Of a DNA stretch of 64,000 nt, positions 1 to 12,488 are shown one piece after another. The first letter of the stretch is position 1, and the number at the start of each line of letters is the position of its first letter. The translations under genes were made by a program, and so were the position numbers. The DNA comes from Macrostomum lignano (lineage: Eukaryota): assembly GCA_002269645.1 (NCBI GenBank), contig NIVC01000369.1, positions 124,001 to 188,000 of the forward strand. Direction: 5' to 3'. Under the pieces are notes generated by a model. The model saw only the letters and a program-made list of their open reading frames with translations. It made no database searches and was not told the origin of the DNA.

Positions 1-280
1 GTGAAGAGAGGCGATGGGGTGTGAGCTGACACTATACCAGCGAAAATAAATAGCGTGTACAAAGTGGAAGAGGCGGGAGGGGTGAGGAGGGCCTGCAATA
101 CCACCTCTATCCATGTCATGCGTCTTTTCACATAGCCCAGACTGCACTCCCTCCGCCTTATCGATTTTATTCTGCGCGACAGGAATAGGGGAGAGAGGAG
201 AGAGGAATGAGCGCTGTCATTCAAACCCAAGCGGCATTTAGGCTCTTGTTTATATCAAGAGTAGTTTACAGTAGTTTACA

Positions 281-363
281 CCCAAGCAACAGGTATACGC
301 GCGTAAAACGCGAACGAAAACGCGCGTTTTATGCGCGTAATACGCGCGTACCTGTTGCTTGGG
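281..363. mobile_element. 83-bp palindromic mini-MITE, CMC/EnSpm-like
   Basis: Perfect 15-bp TIR CCCAAGCAACAGGTA...TACCTGTTGCTTGGG. 2-bp CA duplication on both sides, inside a GTAGTTTACA repeat. CCC termini with a 2-bp TSD fit animal CMC/EnSpm elements. Confidence 0.7.
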
Positions 364-428
364 CAGTAGTTTACAGTAGTTTTCACAGTAGTTTACAGTG
401 GTTTACAGTAGTTTACAGTAGTTTACAG

Positions 429-628
429 AATTTCACAAGCCCTAAATTTCATAACGCCAAAAAGCACTATGGAGATACGATTTGGGGCTTGTAAAATGTT
501 GTATCTCCTTAGTGCTTTTTACGAGCGTATAGGCGTTGTGAAAGTACGGGTTAATGAAATTTCGAGCTTGTGAAAGTTTGTGTCTTGCGACGTTGTGAAG
601 TTTAGGTTTTGTGAAAGCGACCCCCCCG
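429..628. repeat. Inverted subterminal repeats (AATTTCACAA / TTGTGAAA) of a foldback-type element
   Basis: TTTCACAA motifs on the left and TTGTGAAA motifs on the right, ending in a C-run (GTGAAAGCGACCCCCCC). The same motifs and C-run end recur at 28093-28987. Confidence 0.45.
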
Positions 629-843
629 TTATATTCATATTTGGTATTTGTTTCTGGTGTCAATCTATGAAATTTGGTAGATAAGGCTAAAGTGGTGCAA
701 ATGACAGTATTAATTAGCGGTATATATATTGTCCCTTTATAAAAGTCACATTTTAAACTATTTTGTGTTTTCTGCATAATATTAATAATTTATTGAAGCT
801 TACCAGGGCTTAGTCTAGTTTATTACGTCAATATTTTACTACA

Positions 844-979
844 TGTAATTTGGCGGCTTGCAAAACAAAGCGAGTCTTGAAGAAAACGGTTGCCTTTATG
901 TTTGATTGTACCCGTGGACTAAATAGAGTAGTAAAATTGGTGTCATGGACTCAAAGTCATTAAGGCTAGCCGCCACACA
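844..979 (-). mobile_element. 3' LTR of the Gypsy element (tentative, 136 bp)
   Basis: On the minus strand the integrase stop is followed by a polypurine tract (TGGGGGGAGC, 980-989), then TGTGTGGCGG...AATTACA (TG...CA). The distal boundary is unconfirmed because no 5' LTR is present. Confidence 0.55.
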
Positions 980-3900
980 GCTCCCCCCAGCACCAAGCTA
1001 CTTGCCAAAGTGTAATGGCCGACACTTCCGATGTGGCTGTCGGCGACGCTGAATAATTGTTGGCGGCGCTGCTGGCTGTGTCTTATCCGTGTGCTCGGCT
1101 GGCTGCTGAAGTGGCGAGTCTGTAACTCTCCAACCGGTGTGAGGCGAAACGATACTGACTGGTGCCCGCCTGGGTCGACCTCGAGAGAGTAGCGCCGGCT
1201 GTGGAATGGGATCAGCAGTGTTCAACAGCGCTGGCTTTACCCTGTCCACGCTAACTCGATCTTTTCGGGTGCCTAGATCAAACAGAAAGGCTTTGGCTTC
1301 CCGCTCAATGACCTTGAATGGCCCATCATACGGTCTTTGCAACGCCGTGCAGTGACCGTCTCGACGGACGAATACGAACGTGCAGGTATCGAGGGCCGCG
1401 GGCCAAGCAGATGGACGGCTGCCGTGGTGCGACGTTGGCACCGGCCGAAAAGCCTGCACTGCTCTGCGCACTTGCGACAGGAACTGGTCGTAGCCCAGAG
1501 TGTCGGGTGGGCTGGGCAGTAGACACTCTCCGGGTAAGCTGATGGTGGCCCGTACACCAACTCTGCGGATAATGCTGGCAGATCTTCCTTGGGAGCCGTG
1601 CGGATGCCGAGAAGCACCCAGGGCAGCTCGTTTTGATCCAAGTCGGTCTGGATAAGCGCGCCATCAATGAAGCCTTTAATTGCCGATGAAAGCGCTCGAC
1701 TAGCCCATTCGACTGCGGGTGAAAAGCCGTTGTCTGGTGCAGCTGCATTCTGAGTAGCCGGGAGCAGTTCGTCCACAGCTGCGAAGTGAATTGCGAGCCC
1801 TTGTCTGATGTAATGTCAATTGGCACGCCAAAGCGGGCGACCCAATGGGAAATAAAAGCTGATGCACAGGCTGCTGCTGAAGTATCCGTCATTGGAATTG
1901 CCTCTGACCACCGAGTGAAGCGGTCCACGATGGTAAACAGGTGAGTGAAACCCTGTGACTGCGGCAGCGGTCCTACCAGATCCACGTGGACATGGGCAAA
2001 GCGCTGTCCGGGGACCCGGATGCCTTCGATGGGTGCGGTGACGTATCGATGGACTTTGGCTGTGTGGCAAGCGACACAGGTCCGGGCTCACTGGGTGACG
2101 TCCCGGTTCATTTTTCCCACACAAATTTTTCGGCCACCAAATGGCGCGTGCTGCGAACCGATGGGTGCTCGAGGCCGTGAATTGCGTCAAAAACAGCGCG
2201 GAGAAACTCCGCAGGCACGAGAGGGCGCGACCGACCGATAGAGGTGTCGCACAGCAACACCAGCCCGGGGCTGATCTCCACTCGCGCCAGCTGAATGCTG
2301 CTGCCTGTGTGAGTCACTGGGACCGCCTGTTGCGCCCTCGCTATCTTCTCGAAGTTCACACCCGGGGGCCACTGCGACCGAACTGCGGCCGCCGTACACC
2401 GAGAAAGCGCGCCGCTGCAGGGTTTTCTTTGCCCGCAATGTGCTGGATATCCGTTGTGAACTCAGATATGTAAGCTAAGTGTCGCTGCTGCCTGGCTGAC
2501 CATGGATCCGAGATTTTTGACATAGCTGCGACCAGCGGCTTATGGTCTGTGAAAGCTGTGAAAACCCGACATTCTAGAAAGTAGCGAAAGTGCTGGACAG
2601 CCATGTACAAGGCTAGCAACTCGCGGAAGAAAGCCAGCAGGCCGATCGGCGCCTTTGGCAGTGGATGCGCCAGCATTGCCGCACCTGCCAGGGCCTGCTT
2701 AGCATTGTTGAATGCGGCCGTCAGCTCGGGTGTCCAACGGACCAATTTGCCTTTTATAGCAGTAGCCTCATGAATGGGGCCCAGTAGCTGGGCGGCTCGA
2801 GGCACAAAGCGGTGGTAGAAGTTTACCATGCCGGCGAACTCCTGCAGGCCCTTGACGGTTGTGGGCAGTGCAAAACGAGCGACAGCGTCAACTTTTGAGG
2901 GCAGCGGCACGGCTCCCTGAGCGCTGGTTCGATGGCCGAGGAAATCAATTTCGCTGCGGCCGAACTGGCACTTCGCGGGGTTGACTAGAAAACCATTGCT
3001 AGCCATGCGTTGGAACAGCTTTCGCAAGTGCTCCAAGTGCTGATCCGGGTTGTGACTGGCCACTAGGAAGTCGTCAATGTAAGCAAATACAAAATCCAAG
3101 TCTTGGCAAACAGAGTCTACTAGGAGCTGGAAAGCCTGGACCGCGTTTTTTAACCCAAAATGCATCCGCAGGAATTCAAAAAGGCCAAACGGGGTGACTA
3201 CAGCTGTCTTTGGAACATCTGTAGGCGTCACTGGCACCTGATGGTATTCACGGACGAGGTCGATTTTTGAAAAAACTGAGCATCCAGCCAGTCGCGCTGA
3301 GAAATCCTGAATGTGCGGCACTGGATAGCGATCTGGCACAGTGATACTACGAGCTATCATTTAGGCGCCTGAAATCGCCACACGGTCGCCAGCCACCCGA
3401 AGACTTGGGCACCATGTGCAAGGGCGATGACCAAGGGCTGTTTGACCTGCGCACGATGCCGAGCTGCTCCAGGAGTCGGAATTCTTCTTTGGCCACCGCC
3501 AGCTTGTCCGGTGGCAGGCGGCGGGGGTGGGCATGGACCGGCGGGCCGCTCGTCGGGATGTGGTGTTCGACCCCGTGGCGCGGCTGGGCTCGGCGGAAAC
3601 TCAGGGCAGGGAAATCTGCTAGCAGCTGGCAATATGGGTCCGCAACAGCGGCTGCGGAAAGCTGCAAACCAGGGCCGGCTCCGTTCAAAAGGTTGACGCT
3701 CGCCAGGGATTGGGCGTCGAGCAGGCGTCGCTGCGGCAGGTCCACCAGCAACCCGTGGTGCCGGAGGAAATCTGCGCCGATTAGTGGTCGGGAAACCGCT
3801 GCCAGAAGGAAAGGCCACGAGCAGCGCCAGATGCCAAGATCCAGAGTGAGCTGGCGTGTGCCGAAAGTCTCGATTTTTACTGCCGTTGGCTGCATAGAGC

Positions 3901-4641
3901 GGTGGTCCTTGGCGCTTTAGTCGGGCGTCTGTTAAGGCTACTGGGAAAATACTGACCTCAATGCCTGTGTCCACTAGAAAGCGCCGGCCTGACTGTACAT
4001 CCGGGATGAGGAGTAGACTGCTGTCGCCGGCCGCTGAGCTGTTAACTGACGGCCGGCCTGCTCGTTCCCCTGAAACTTGCATGGTGCTTCGCATCGTCTA
4101 GCTTTCGCGCCGAACTTCTTGTGGTAGTAACAAAGCCTTTGGCTTCCCCGGCGCGACCTTGGGGTGGCTGAGTCCTGCTAAAGCGATTAGTTCCGCTCTG
4201 ACGTGCGACTGCGATCACAGGAAGGTCGGGCTGCTGAACTTCTGCAACCATTGGATGCGGTCGGCTGGCCCAGAGCTAGTCGGCGAGGAGCGCCACTGCT
4301 CGCGGGTCTTTAAAATAAGCGGAGACTAACGCCATGCGGATGTCCACCGGAAGCTGCTGGCCGAAAAGCTCTTCGAAAAGCAGGCACGACAACTGGTCGC
4401 CCAGCAGAGCCAACATTTCGTTCATTAGTTCGGACGGCCGCCGATCGCCGAGGCCAGCTATGTTGAGCAACCGGTTGGCCCGCTGTTGTCGCGACAAACT
4501 AAAAGTGCCAAGAAGGCGAGCTTTCAGCTGCAGGTACTTGCCCGTGTTGGGAGGGCTCTCAAGCACGTCTAGGAGTCGCTCGGTAGACTGTTGATCAAGT
4601 GCTGCGACCAGGTAGTGGTATTTGCTCTCGTCCTGTGTAAT
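844..4641 (-). mobile_element. Decayed Ty3/Gypsy LTR retrotransposon, CsRn1 clade (gag-PR-RT-RH-IN), 5'-truncated
   Basis: Gag fragment (KYHYLVAALD...GLGDRRPSELM) and CHCC knuckle CYYHKKFGAKARRCEAPC (~4078-4133). Protease FLVDTG. RT with [22 protein letters not shown] and YIDD. RNase H with the TDAS catalytic segment deleted. Integrase HHCC plus MDLVGPLP...SDKGSQF...NGLVERFHR. Several frameshifts and stops. Confidence 0.95.
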
Positions 4642-4798
4642 GCAAGTCAGGACACAGCGGGTCACGGCAAGTCAGGACACAGCGGGTCACGGCAAGTCAG
4701 GACACAGCGGGTCACGGCAAGTCAGGACACAGCGGGTCACGGCAAGTCAGGACACAGCGGGTCACGGCAAGTCAGGACACAGCGGGTCACGGCAAGCC
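4642..4798. repeat. 25-bp tandem repeat x6 (GCAAGTCAGGACACAGCGGGTCACG)
   Basis: Six perfect copies plus a partial unit, abutting the truncated gag. Confidence 0.95.
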
Positions 4799-5375
4799 AA
4801 ACGGTGGCTGTATATTTAACTGAGAACTCTTGAGTAAGCACTGGACTTCCTGCTTCAACAGTTGCTAATAAAAAGTCAGTCCAAAAATCAAATACAAAAA
4901 TCTGTGCTGGAAAAAGCGCCAAACCCAGGGGCTGAAAATGTGAAAAATTCTCGGCAACAGAAATCTGGATTAGGCATTGAGCGGTCTGAGCAGATTGGGG
5001 AATTGTGATTGGCTCTGCGCCAGAGTTTGAAAATCAACATTGATCAACTTAAAAATGAAACAGCACTCGAGTCAGCACAAAAATGTCTCATCAATTGGCA
5101 GGAGCAACCGGTAAAACAAACCCGGCAGTCAAATCAAGACTAATCAAGACAATTGACGACAAAACAATAAGTTCAAACTCTGAGCAATTCGAACAAACAA
5201 AGAAGGCGGATAAACAAAACAAAACAATTGATTAAAAATATGCAATCAGATAAATAAAAGGGCTATCGGATAAACAAAAAGGGGAAACAGGATAAGCAAA
5301 AACAGACAATGTCAGCAAGCGAAAATGACAGCTTCAAAAGCCGCTCCGCTCCCTCACAGTCCATCGCTCTCGCAG

Positions 5376-5861
5376 TCACGATGAGGCACTCAGGAAGCTG
5401 TGCCGCAGCAGCTCCGCGGTGTCCGCTCGCTTCCTCGGGTCATAGTCTACGCACCTGAGGTAGAAGTCCTTCAGGCCGGCTGAGAACCCGTCCGCAATCC
5501 GAGGCATCTCCCTCCCTGCGCACCTCAGGACGCCGATCCTGCTTTGCGGAACGTTCGCGTCAGGAGGCTGCATGGCCGTCAGCTCATACACGGTGCAGCC
5601 GAAGGCCCACACGTCGGTCTTGGCTGAGTACGGAATCGAGTTTTCCTCGCCTATGAACAGCTCGGGCGCCATGAAGTAGGGGGTGCCTTTGGGATCGACG
5701 CCTGTGCTCAGGCCGCAGGTGCCGACGATCTCCTTGGCGAGACCGAAGTCGATCAGCTTGATGACGCCCTCGTTGGTAAGCATCACGTTCTTGCAGTTTA
5801 AATCCCGGTGCAAGATGGCGCTCTCCGGCTGGCAGTGCAGGAAGTTCAGGCTTGAGCAGAT
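5376..5861 (-). pseudogene. Ser/Thr kinase (STE/MAP3K-like), last exon, subdomains VI-XI
   Basis: [31 protein letters not shown] and PRKR motifs. Acceptor CCTGCAG|ATC at 5862. A 121-bp intron (5862-5982) joins RQ|ICSS in frame. Confidence 0.85.
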
Positions 5862-5982
5862 CTGCAGGTGAAGCGGTTTTGGGCAGTCCTGAGAGTGCAC
5901 CTATCCATTCTAGATTCCACCCTTACTGATCCCACACTGATCCCACACTGATCCCACAATTCCAGAGAACCCAGAGACGCAC

Positions 5983-7155
5983 CTGTCTGGAGAAGTCCCT
6001 GACCTCGGATTCCTCGAACGGCTTGTTCTGACGCTGCATCAGCTCAAAGAGGCTGTGACCCGAGACCAGCTCGGTGAAGATGTACAGCCCATCCGACTTC
6101 TGCTCGCACTTGAGGAACTGCACAATGTTGGGATGCGAGAGTCGCTTGAGGATCACAACTTCCATTAGAAGTTTTTTCTTCAGTTCCTCAGTATTTTTTC
6201 CTTGTTTAGCTTGGCTCAGGGGCAGCACCTTGACAGCCACCGTCTGGTTGCGGTCTGTGAGAGTCTTGTACCCCTTGCCGAATCCAAGGACGACTTAAGT
6301 AGAAGGACGGGAAACCTCGTTTCTTAGAAAATTTTTGAAGGCACTTTTTCCCGAAAAAATACACTACGGAGATAGGAAATTTTCATTTTTTCAGCACAAA
6401 AATTGCTATTACTTTTGATAGGAGGCAGATCCAGTGCTCATCTTTTGATATGTTGTGCCTTTTTTATTGCTTTATCGATATTTATAAAGCTTTTCGTTCA
6501 GAAAATTAGGATTATATGTCAATTTTTTATTCTACGTACATTTCCTGTATCTGAAAATCACAAAAATGCATGACACAGCTCCAATATTTGCTTTTATGAA
6601 CCTGTTTTATCATCTCTGATACGAATATTTGCTAAACAGTCAGTTAAGAATGATAAAATATACTTCTAAAACCAAAGAGCCGAGCCGTGGCATTCTAATG
6701 TATTTCAATCACAAGACACGTAAAAATATACGGAGAATAAAAAATTTACATAGAATCCTAATTTTCTGAACTAAAAGCTTTATAAATATCGATAGAGCAA
6801 TAAAAAAGGCACAACATATCAAAAGATGAGCACTGGATCTGCCTCCTATCAAAAGTAATAGCAATTTTTGTGCTGAAAAAATGAAAATTTCCTATCTCCG
6901 TAGTGTATTTTTTCGGGAAAAAGTGCCTTCAAAAATTTTCTAAGAAACGAGGTTTCCCGTCCTTCTACTTAAGTCGTCCTTGGCCGAATCCACCACGGCC
7001 GATGAGCTGCTTTTGTTGTCTTGCAGGATGAAGTCCCAGTCGGTGAAGCTGGGGTCCAGCTGCTTCTTGGCGCTGAAACATGAGGTGAAGGAATTCGATG
7101 AGTTTTGTGTTGCTTGGGGCTTTCTGAGTACTTTGGAGTCACTCAGCCTTCTGCG
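5983..7155 (-). pseudogene. Kinase exon with subdomains I-V, interrupted by a MITE
   Basis: VAVK, alphaC Glu and HPNIV motifs. Removing 6285-6982 plus one TSD copy restores QLIGRGGFGKGYKT. The more protein-like upstream frame (LDPSFTDWDFILQDNK) is off by 1 nt at an A-run (~7015). Confidence 0.8.
6285..6982. mobile_element. 698-bp non-autonomous foldback DNA transposon (P-superfamily-like MITE)
   Basis: TIRs of ~260 bp starting CAAGGACGACTTAAGTAGAAGG, identical over roughly the first 185 bp. Perfect 8-bp TSD GCCGAATC (6277-6284 and 6983-6990). No ORF. Confidence 0.92.
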
Positions 7156-10100
7156 TCACCACCCTTCTGCGTCACTGCACCCTTCTGCATCACCGCCCTT
7201 CTGCGTCACCACCCTTCTGCATCACCACCCTTCTGCGTCACCACCCTTCTGTGTCACCACCCTTCTGTGTCACCACCCTTCTGCGTCACCACCCTTCTGT
7301 GTCACCACCCTTCTGCATCACCACCCTTCTGTGTCACCACCCTTCTGCATCACCACCCTTCTGCATCACCACCCTTCTGCGTCACCACCCTTCTGCGTCA
7401 CCACCCTTCTGCATCAACACCCTTCTGTGTCACCACCCTTCTGTGTCACCACCCTTCTGCATCACCACCCTTCTGCATCACCACCCTTCTGTGTCACCAC
7501 CCTTCTGCATCACCACCCTTCTGCATCACCACCCTTCTGCGTCACCACCCTTCTGTGTCACCACCCTTCTGTGTCACCACCCTTCTGTGTCACCACCCTT
7601 CTGCGTCACCACCCTTCTGTGTCACCACCCTTCTGCATCACCACCCTTCTGTGTCACCACCCTTCTGCATCACCACCCTTCTGCGTCACCACCCTTCTGC
7701 GTCACCACCCTTCTGCATCAACACCCTTCTGTGTCACCACCCTTCTGTGTCACCACCCTTCTGCATCACCACCCTTCTGCATCACCACCCTTCTGTGTCA
7801 CCACCCTTCTGTGTCACCACCCTTCTGCATCACCACCCTTCTGCGTCACCACCCTTCTGCGTCACCACCCTTCTGCATCAACACCCTTCTGTGTCACCAC
7901 CCTTCTGTGTCACCACCCTTCTGCATCACCACCCTTCTGCATCACCACCCTTCTGTGTCACCACCCTTCTGCATCACCACCCTTCTGCATCACCACCCTT
8001 CTGCGTCACCACCCTTCTGTGTCACCACCCTTCTGTGTCACCACCCTTCTGCATCACCACCCTTCTGCATCACCACCCTTCTGTGTCACCACCCTTCTGC
8101 ATCACCACCCTTCTGCGTCACCACCCTTCTGTGTCACCACCCTTCTGTGTCACCACCCTTCTGCATCACCACCCTTCTGCATCACCACCCTTCTGTGTCA
8201 CCACCCTTCTGCATCACCACCCTTCTGCGTCACCACCCTTCTGCATCACCACCCTTCTGTGTCACCACCCTTCTGCATCACCACCCTTCTGCGTCACCAC
8301 CCTTCTGCATCACCACCCTTCTGTGTCACCACCCTTCTGCATCACCACCCTTCTGCATCAACACCCTTCTGTGTCACCACCCTTCTGTGTCACCACCCTT
8401 CTGCATCACCACCCTTCTGCATCACCACCCTTCTGTGTCACCACCCTTCTGCATCACCACCCTTCTGCATCACCACCCTTCTGCGTCACCACCCTTCTGT
8501 GTCACCACCCTTCTGTGTCACCACCCTTCTGCATCACCACCCTTCTGCATCACCACCCTTCTGTGTCACCACCCTTCTGCATCACCACCCTTCTGCGTCA
8601 CCACCCTTCTGCATCACCACCCTTCTGTGTCACCACCCTTCTGCATCACCACCCTTCTGCGTCACCACCCTTCTGCATCACCACCCTTCTGTGTCACCAC
8701 CCTTCTGCATCACCACCCTTCTGCATCACCACCCTTCCGCGTCACCACCCTTCTGCATCACCACCCTTCTGCGTCACCACCCTTCTGCATCACCACCCTT
8801 CTGCATCACCACCCTTCTGCGTCACCACCCTTCTGCATCACTGCACCCTTTTGCATCACCACCCTTCTGCGTCACCACCCTTCTGCGTCACCACCTTTTT
8901 GCGTCACCACCCTTCTGCATCACCACCCTTCTGCGTCACCACCCTTCTGCATCACTGCACCCTTCTGCATCACCACCCTTCTGCATCACCACCCTTCTGT
9001 GTCACCACCCTTCTGCATCACCACCCTTCTGCATCACCACCCTTCTGCGTCACCACCCTTCTGCATCACCACCCTTCTGCGTCACCACCCTTCTGCATCA
9101 CCACCCTTCTGCATCACCACCCTTCTGCGTCACCACCCTTCTGCATCACTGCACCCTTCTGCATCACCACCCTTCTGCGTCACCACCCTTCTGCGTCACC
9201 ACCTTTTTGCGTCACCACCCTTCTGCATCACCACCCTTCTGCATCACCACCCTTCTGCATCACCACCCTTCTGCATCAACACCCTTCTGTGTCACCACCC
9301 TTCTGTGTCACCACCCTTCTGCATCACCACCCTTCTGCATCACCACCCTTCTGTGTCACCACCCTTCTGCATCACCACCCTTCTGCATCACCACCCTTCT
9401 GCGTCACCACCCTTCTGTGTCACCACCCTTCTGTGTCACCACCCTTCTGCATCACCACCCTTCTGCATCACCACCCTTCTGTGTCACCACCCTTCTGCAT
9501 CACCACCCTTCTGCGTCACCACCCTTCTGCATCACCACCCTTCTGTGTCACCACCCTTCTGCATCACCACCCTTCTGCGTCACCACCCTTCTGCATCACC
9601 ACCCTTCTGTGTCACCACCCTTCTGCATCACCACCCTTCTGCATCACCACCCTTCCGCGTCACCACCCTTCTGCATCACCACCCTTCTGCGTCACCACCC
9701 TTCTGCATCACCACCCTTCTGCATCACCACCCTTCTGCGTCACCACCCTTCTGCATCACTGCACCCTTCTGCATCACCACCCTTCTGCGTCACCACCCTT
9801 CTGCGTCACCACCTTTTTGCGTCACCACCCTTCTGCATCACCACCCTTCTGCGTCACCACCCTTCTGCATCACTGCACCCTTCTGCATCACCACCCTTCT
9901 GCATCACCACCCTTCTGTGTCACCACCCTTCTGCATCACCACCCTTCTGCATCACCACCCTTCTGCGTCACCACCCTTCTGCATCACCACCCTTCTGCGT
10001 CACCACCCTTCTGCATCACCACCCTTCTGCATCACCACCCTTCTGCGTCACCACCCTTCTGCATCACTGCACCCTTCTGCATCACCACCCTTCTGCGTCA

Positions 10101-10311
10101 CCACCCTTCTGCGTCACCACCTTTTTGCGTCACCACCCTTCTGCATCACCACCCTTCTGCATCACCACCCTTCTGCATCACCACCCTTCTGCGTCACCAC
10201 CCTTCTGTGTCACCACCCTTCTGCGTCACCACCCTTCTGCATCACTGCACCCTTCTGCATCACCACCCTTCTGCGTCACCACCCTTCTGCGTCACCACCT
10301 TTTTGCGTCAC
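7147..10311. repeat. 16-bp minisatellite (CACCACCCTTCTGYRT)n, ~3.2 kb
   Basis: About 200 units, with 13-bp deletion variants. It explains the three >1000-aa spurious ORFs. Confidence 0.98.
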
Positions 10312-10806
10312 TGCCACCTCATGCTCTTTTGAGCTCAGAACGGAGAAAATGCGAGTCCCAGGATATTGAGTATCACCGTGTCACTTCCGGCTTTGCTAGT
10401 TTTTGCATTACAGGTGGCTTATCGCCAATGAGTCATCTCAGCCAATCAAGCAGTTTTATACAAAAAGTCGAAGAGTTTCACAATCGTTAAATATTGATGG
10501 GTCACCATGACGACAGGCACTTAAACTGTCTTTGTGCTAAAGTCCTTCATTGTAGGCTAGATTAGCCATCCATACTATTCCTTCATGGTAGCTCCTCCTG
10601 CAAATTGATCTGTGGATGGGGGTCGGGGCGCTAATTATAGGGAGGGTGGGGCGCTTTGGGGAGGGTGGAGGTGCCATGAGGAGCTGCCGTAACAAATTCG
10701 TGACGCCCTCGCTTGGCTGTGGCGCTGCTGAGAATTTCAATGACTTTTCGCCAACAATATTCCCAGTAGGCAGCAGTTCAGGCAGCAGTTCTCAGTCAGG
10801 ACTCAC

Positions 10807-11516
10807 CCAGCTGAAATCCAGGCCCGCTTTGCTGACTGGTCTGTGCGGCACCAATAAATCTCATCAGCCGGTGTTTCGCCCTTGTTGTTCTTCAAGCTGA
10901 ACATTTCGGCTCCGATTTGGTCAAAAATGAGCTGAAGAGAGTCGACTGGCTGCCACAGAGCAGCCAAATGGACGGCCGTGTCACCGTCTTTATCAGGAGC
11001 TGTGAGACAGTCGCTGCTGAGCTCCTTCACCAGCCACTTCAGACAAGAGTTGCTTTTTCTGTTCATAGCGGCAAAGTGAGCGACTGTCTTTCCCTTTCGA
11101 TAGACAATTCTCATGCAGCCTCTGCCTCCCTTCTCTTTAACCAGCTCCATCCAAGACTCGTCCTGATGCAGGGCTGCCAAGTGCACTGGAGTCTCACCAT
11201 CACCCCTATCATTTCTTTGTGTCAGACAGTCGGGTCCGAATCTGTCAATCAGCAGCTCCAGACACGACGAACTCACCGGCTTGCAGGCCACGTGATGGGC
11301 CAGCGGCATTTTGCAAATCCGTTCAAAGGGATAGTCTTGTGTGTCAAAGCCGCCCACCTCCAGCTCGATGTTGCTGCCGACCTTGCCGCACAGTCGCTGC
11401 AGCTTCCTGCTGTCTCCAGCTTCCGGCGCCGCTCTCAGCTTCCGCTGTATCTCTGTTGCCATGTCTACACTGCTTCTCCTAGCAGCGCTTCTCTGCCGAT
11501 CTGCTGTCTGTTCCAC
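10807..11516 (-). CDS. Ankyrin-repeat protein exon, probably the 5' part of the kinase gene
   Basis: Ankyrin motifs GETPVHLAA, GKTVAHFAA, GDTAVHLAA and GETPA. Ends at donor GG|GTGAGT (10806). Same strand as, and upstream of, the kinase exons. Confidence 0.8.
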
Positions 11517-12174
11517 ACGGCTTCAAACTGGGTGCTTTGCTCTTCTTCAAGCGAATTTGCCTGCCAGCTCAGCAGCAGCAGCAAAAGTCCCGCTGTCACG
11601 GACTGAAATCTCTGAGCTCTCCCTGTGTTTAAATGGACTGAGGCCGATTCTCTGCTTTATCTTCAAGATCAGCTATATGGGTTAGTTCGACTTTGGCGCA
11701 CTTGTAGGGAGACAGAGGGCAGTGTTAAATGATAGGACAGTCGATATGTCGATGTGGGGCAGCATCGCTGTACGATAAGCGGAGTTCAAAATAAGATAAG
11801 CGGGAGAGTAGCTTTATACAAAAATTCCTCACACCCCCTATTTTTTCATGCGAAAATCAATAGGTCGTCCATGTTTAGGAGAAAGATTGCCTAATTTTTT
11901 CGTATCGTACGATTGTTATTTGCGTTTTCCAGTCTTATATGTGTAGATTTGTTTTAGGGGTAAGAAAAGGCTTGGCCACTGCGCGGCCTTGAGCGCCAAT
12001 ATATATATTTAGAAATCGATATTTGCGTGGGGTGGAGTTGCGCCTGATATACTCGTACAAGAAGCGTGCAAGCTGATTGGCTGCAGAACGACGGGGGCAG
12101 GCATTGTACACTTGAGGGTCAGAGAGTTAAACGGCGTACGGCCAACATCCTTCCCCAAGCGGATAAAAGTTAGG

Positions 12175-12488
12175 AAATACGAGCATTAGTTTCGAATATA
12201 AATACGAGCATTAGTTTCGAATATAAATATGAGCATTAGTTTTGAATATAAATACGAGCATTAGTTTCGAATATAAATATGAGCATTAGTTTTGAATATA
12301 AATACGAGCATTAGTTTCGAATATAAATACGAGCATTTGTTTCGAATATAAATACGAGCATTAGTTTCGAATATAAATACGAGCATTTGTTTCGAATATA
12401 AATACGAGCATTAGTTTCGAATATAAATACGAGCATTAGTTTCGAATATAAATACGAGCATTAGTTTCGAATATAAATACGAGCATTA
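12175..12488. repeat. 25-bp tandem repeat (AAATACGAGCATTAGTTTCGAATAT)n, ~12.5 copies
   Basis: Near-perfect head-to-tail units, no spacers. Confidence 0.95.

Noticed and set aside
6980-10490. Three >1000-aa His/Pro/Cys-rich ORFs
   Set aside because: They are translations of a stop-free 16-bp minisatellite in all three frames.
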